A stretch of 64,000 nucleotides of DNA from Candidatus Terraquivivens tengchongensis. Its GTDB lineage: Archaea; Thermoproteota; Nitrososphaeria_A; Caldarchaeales; Wolframiiraptoraceae. The translations under genes were made by a program, and so were the position numbers. Positions 60,977 to 64,000 of this stretch are shown one piece after another; positions within the stretch are counted from its first letter, which is position 1; each line of letters opens with the position of its first letter. The notes beneath the pieces were generated by a model. That model was not told the DNA's origin, searched no databases, and saw only the letters and a list, made by a program, of their open reading frames with translations. Location: NCBI GenBank assembly GCA_023261845.1, contig JALNJZ010000002.1, forward strand, positions 1 to 64,000, read 5' to 3'.

Positions 60977-61519
60977 ATGAGTGAAAGTAAATGGACCTCT
61001 AGATTCATTATTGCGGCGATATTTCAAGGCGCTTTAGCAACGGCGTTGACCATATACATCGTATTAGGCCAAATATTCTGGCTGAAGCCTGAGGTGTCAA
61101 GAGTCATAGCTCTTGGTAGTGCTGGCAACTGGTTTACGTTGGGTTACGTGACATACCTCATAGTGGGAGTGATTGGGGTGGCGGTAACGGCGCTATTCTA
61201 TCACTACATAGAGTCTACACTCGGAAAGTCTTACACAGGTGCGGCCAACATACTCGCATGGCTACATCTCATTCTGATGAATGTCGGAATCATAGGTACC
61301 ACGTGGCTGTTAATGATCAGCGGATATCTGGGAGGGGCTGCGATGCTTCCGCCAGAAGTAGGTGGTAAAGGCTGGAATGCCGGTCAAGTGCATGTAAATG
61401 TGTTTTACGGAATTCCTCTTGGTTATCCGACTTGGATTTCGTTTTTCATAATAATCCTTGCGGTTGGTGTATTTCTAGGCGGCCTGGGATACCTAATCAC
61501 GTGGACCAAGAAGACCTAA
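60977..61519 (+). CDS. Hypothetical 4-TM membrane protein
   Basis: Hydrophobic 180-aa ORF; shares G.WF.LGY..YL.VG with the 62524 ORF. Confidence 0.7.
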   Translation: MSESKWTSRFIIAAIFQGALATALTIYIVLGQIFWLKPEVSRVIALGSAGNWFTLGYVTYLIVGVIGVAVTALFYHYIESTLGKSYTGAANILAWLHLILMNVGIIGTTWLLMISGYLGGAAMLPPEVGGKGWNAGQVHVNVFYGIPLGYPTWISFFIIILAVGVFLGGLGYLITWTKKT

Positions 61520-61596
61520 CCTTCTTTTTTATTTTGAGGACATATTAAGCGATAAAAAGGTATAAAGCTGTAACTAAATGAAATCTGAAGACCTCG

Positions 61597-62535
61597 ATGG
61601 GTATCAGCTCACCAGCACTCATCATATGGTTAGCATTTGTAAGCTTAAGCATCTTCATAAGCATCGTTCCGATAAGTTCATCGACCTCCGCTTCATGGGA
61701 TGTTCCAGAAACAGGGCATAGCTGGGGCTTGGCCTAATAGTCCCGGATGGAAGTCCACTAGATGATGGTTCAATAGTTCGCTGGGATAAAGTTAACAATG
61801 TAACAGTCATCGTGACACTACCTAGGATAAATCAAACGGATGGAACAATCTACGCCATCTTGAGTGCTACGACAAAATCAGGAAACATCATTCAGGTTGC
61901 TGCTGGACTTTATCCCGAAGAGAGTCTGTGGTTTGTCTACAGTATGTACGTAACGGGAGTTACTTCAACTGAAAAAGATACGTCCCAATTTCCATTAGGG
62001 ATGAGCCAGCTATGAAACCGGGCGATACAATATCCATGTCTCAAACAATACTGGGTCGGATACTATATGGCTGGGGAATGGTCTGCAACCTTAACACAGA
62101 AGAGTGCGGAAGGGCCGATATACTTAACGACGGTAGCGCTGTTTTCATGTCAGGTGAGCATGAAATAATCGCCCTAGAATCTTACACAACGGCTGAGAAT
62201 GTGTTCAAGCGTATAGAAAACATGACACTTCATACTATACTAGTTGATGGTGTCCGCGTGCTAGTGGATACTACATTAGCGACGGGATGGTATTTGACCG
62301 GAACCCTTTGTTCCAAGTCGGGGGAATAGCACGTGTTCCTTCTTATATCTCGATGTATTTTACGCCCGACGGGAAAGCTGTATAGTATTACTCACATAGC
62401 TGGGAACGTGGGGGTAGCTCCCTTAACGACGTAAACGTACTCGTAGTTTTCATAATAGCGTTGTTGGCATCATCAATTGGCCTACTCATGATCATGATTA
62501 TCTTGAAATCATTTAAAAAAGATTCATATTGTTAA
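61597..62535 (+). pseudogene. Frameshifted secreted/membrane-anchored protein
   Basis: Signal-peptide-like N-terminus, consecutive fragments in shifting frames (61812, 62012 ORFs), C-terminal TM helix. Confidence 0.6.
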
Positions 62536-63017
62536 GTTTTCTTTTGAAAGATAGAGTGCAGTTATCCCGGAGAGCACTCCTACGATAGCCACAATCGACA
62601 GTATTCGGATAGGGTTAACAAACGGTTCTAGGATTAAACGTACTTCTTCAGACGGTGAGTGGAGTATCGTTGATACGTAACCACCCAATATACCAGCAAT
62701 AGCCAACGCAAAATTAGCTCCTGTTATCCCAACATACATCGCGAGTATGTTTAACCATACTAACAGCCTGTTGAGTTTTCTACCCTCAATTTTTTCAGCG
62801 AGGTAGTAAAGGTATGAGAAACCAAGATGCCCAGTGAATCCAACAGCTAGGTATAAGATGTAGCCTAGTATGAACCACGTCCCCGGACCACCACCAACGA
62901 TTATTCTCAGAATCATAAGGAATGGCTGTATGGGGAGGACTATAATGAGTGTGTAAAACACGCTACTATCATATTTATGAGTGTAAGCTTCTTAAGGATG
63001 GCATACCATGTTAACAT
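62524..63017 (-). pseudogene. Membrane protein homologous to 60977-61519, with an apparent 1-nt frameshift near 62962
   Basis: MLTWYAILKKLTLINMIVA from ATG 63017 continues in another frame as VFYTLIIV; alternatively a GTG start at 62961. Confidence 0.55.
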
Positions 63018-63151
63018 TTGTTTTGCTTAGGTTAAACGCGAACTTAAAAAGTCTTTTTAGGCATAACTCTTATCAAAAGCTTAAGTTTTAACTCTAAGAC
63101 TGTAAAACAAAGCATCAGCTGACGAGGTTCCGATGACGTGTTGTGACCGCC

Positions 63152-63607
63152 TTACTGGACGGTAACATGGTCTATGCTATAATGCCTCTTGGCTAGAAGT
63201 CTAACTAGCTCTATGGTCTTGCCGTTCTTGCCGATGGCAAGCCCCTTGTCCTTTGGTTCTACTGAGGCTATAGCTATTTTTTTACCATCAGGTCTTGAGG
63301 CTATCCTGACGGGGCCAGAAAGCCTAGCCGGCATAAGAGCGTTTTTGACAAATTTACTGGGATCATCCGAGAGCTCAATAACCTTGACGCGTTTTTTAAG
63401 TATCTTAGAGAATTCTTGTATTTTGCTACCACCCTTACTTAGGACCTTCTTTAGGTCGCCCTCCCTTACGAGGAACACCATTAAGTCACCGCTCTCGACG
63501 CAATCTACGGCCGCTACGCCTGTTGCTGCCTCAAATAACGATATGTATTTCATCTCTTTTTCTGTAAGCTTGAACCCTTCACTCAACTTCTGGTGCAACC
63601 TCCTCAA
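63152..63607 (-). CDS. nusA: Archaeal NusA
   Basis: YISLFEAATG..AVDC, KGLAIGKNG KH motif; true start probably slightly downstream. Confidence 0.92.
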   Translation of the reverse strand: MRRLHQKLSEGFKLTEKEMKYISLFEAATGVAAVDCVESGDLMVFLVREGDLKKVLSKGGSKIQEFSKILKKRVKVIELSDDPSKFVKNALMPARLSGPVRIASRPDGKKIAIASVEPKDKGLAIGKNGKTIELVRLLAKRHYSIDHVTVQ

Positions 63608-63896
63608 GTATGTTTGAGCTGCCAGGGTCTAGGACGGCAAGCGTTGATACCCTAAACGGTTTTCCGAGGATGTACCCGATCTCGTTCGAGCTTAGTTCTG
63701 TCTTTATTATCGGCACACCTACCATCTTAGAAGCCATGTAGATTCTCTTTTCTATATTTGATGGGCAGTTCTTTGCTAGTAGAACAAGTTTTGACTTACC
63801 GTTTAACAGTGACAAATAAGATTGTCTGAATCCGAGGGTCACTTTTCCTGTCCTACTTATTACCTCAAGCTCCTTCCTTATGTTCATCCCTATCAC
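63579..63896 (-). CDS. rpl30e: 50S ribosomal protein L30e
   Basis: TGKVTLG, GKPFRVSTLAVLDPGSSNI. Confidence 0.95.
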   Translation of the reverse strand: MIGMNIRKELEVISRTGKVTLGFRQSYLSLLNGKSKLVLLAKNCPSNIEKRIYMASKMVGVPIIKTELSSNEIGYILGKPFRVSTLAVLDPGSSNILEEVAPEVE

Positions 63897-64000
63897 CTAC
63901 CTCGTTATTCAACGAATTCGCTTGATGGAGCATTAGCAACGATACCATGCCCGTACCTACGGGTATCTCCTTTCCCATAAGTATCCTTTCAACGTTTCCT
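63865..64000 (-). CDS. RNA polymerase largest subunit C-terminus (A''/Rpo1C region), partial
   Basis: Manual translation GNVERILMGKEIPVGTGMVSLL...*; directly upstream of rpl30e. Confidence 0.85.
   Translation of the reverse strand, partial: GNVERILMGKEIPVGTGMVSLLMLHQANSLNNEVGDRDEHKEGA

Noticed and set aside
62955-63000. Frameshift in the membrane-protein gene as a second BHB intron
   Set aside because: Only a weak symmetric internal loop and no 4-bp central helix; a 1-nt deletion explains it
63105-63150. CTGA / GATGA elements downstream of nusA suggesting a C/D sRNA
   Set aside because: No complete C and D box pair with correct spacing

Overview
Archaeal chromosomal segment. rpS26e, rpL30e, EF-1alpha, archaeal PEP carboxylase, FBP aldolase/phosphatase, a histone and a two-intron tRNA point to a TACK/Thermoproteota thermophile, possibly Aigarchaeota-like (inference). 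From left to right it holds an NDP-sugar/dTDP-rhamnose operon, a 3-gene osmostress-like cassette flanked by a diverged ~100 bp duplication, housekeeping genes, and a defence region. That region contains sdpI, a CPBP protease, a type I-D CRISPR-Cas locus with a split Cas10d/small subunit, an array of about 68 repeats, a helicase relic, tRNA-Thr and vapBC. More housekeeping genes, tRNA-Lys and tRNA-Arg follow, then the rpo-L30e-nusA-S12-S7-EF1a-S10 cluster. Top finding: a small Lrp/AsnC-family gene (21408-21666, minus) is interrupted by a 25-nt insert that folds into a bulge-helix-bulge motif. Cutting it at the canonical tRNA-endonuclease positions restores an intact 77-aa ORF, so it is a candidate spliced mRNA intron outside cbf5. 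Other notable items: an inverted orphan CRISPR repeat that supplies the cas1 stop codon, a radical SAM pseudogene with two precisely swapped internal blocks, a probable CUG start, and pairs of spacers hitting homologous targets. All family calls come from motif recognition by eye; no database searches were run.
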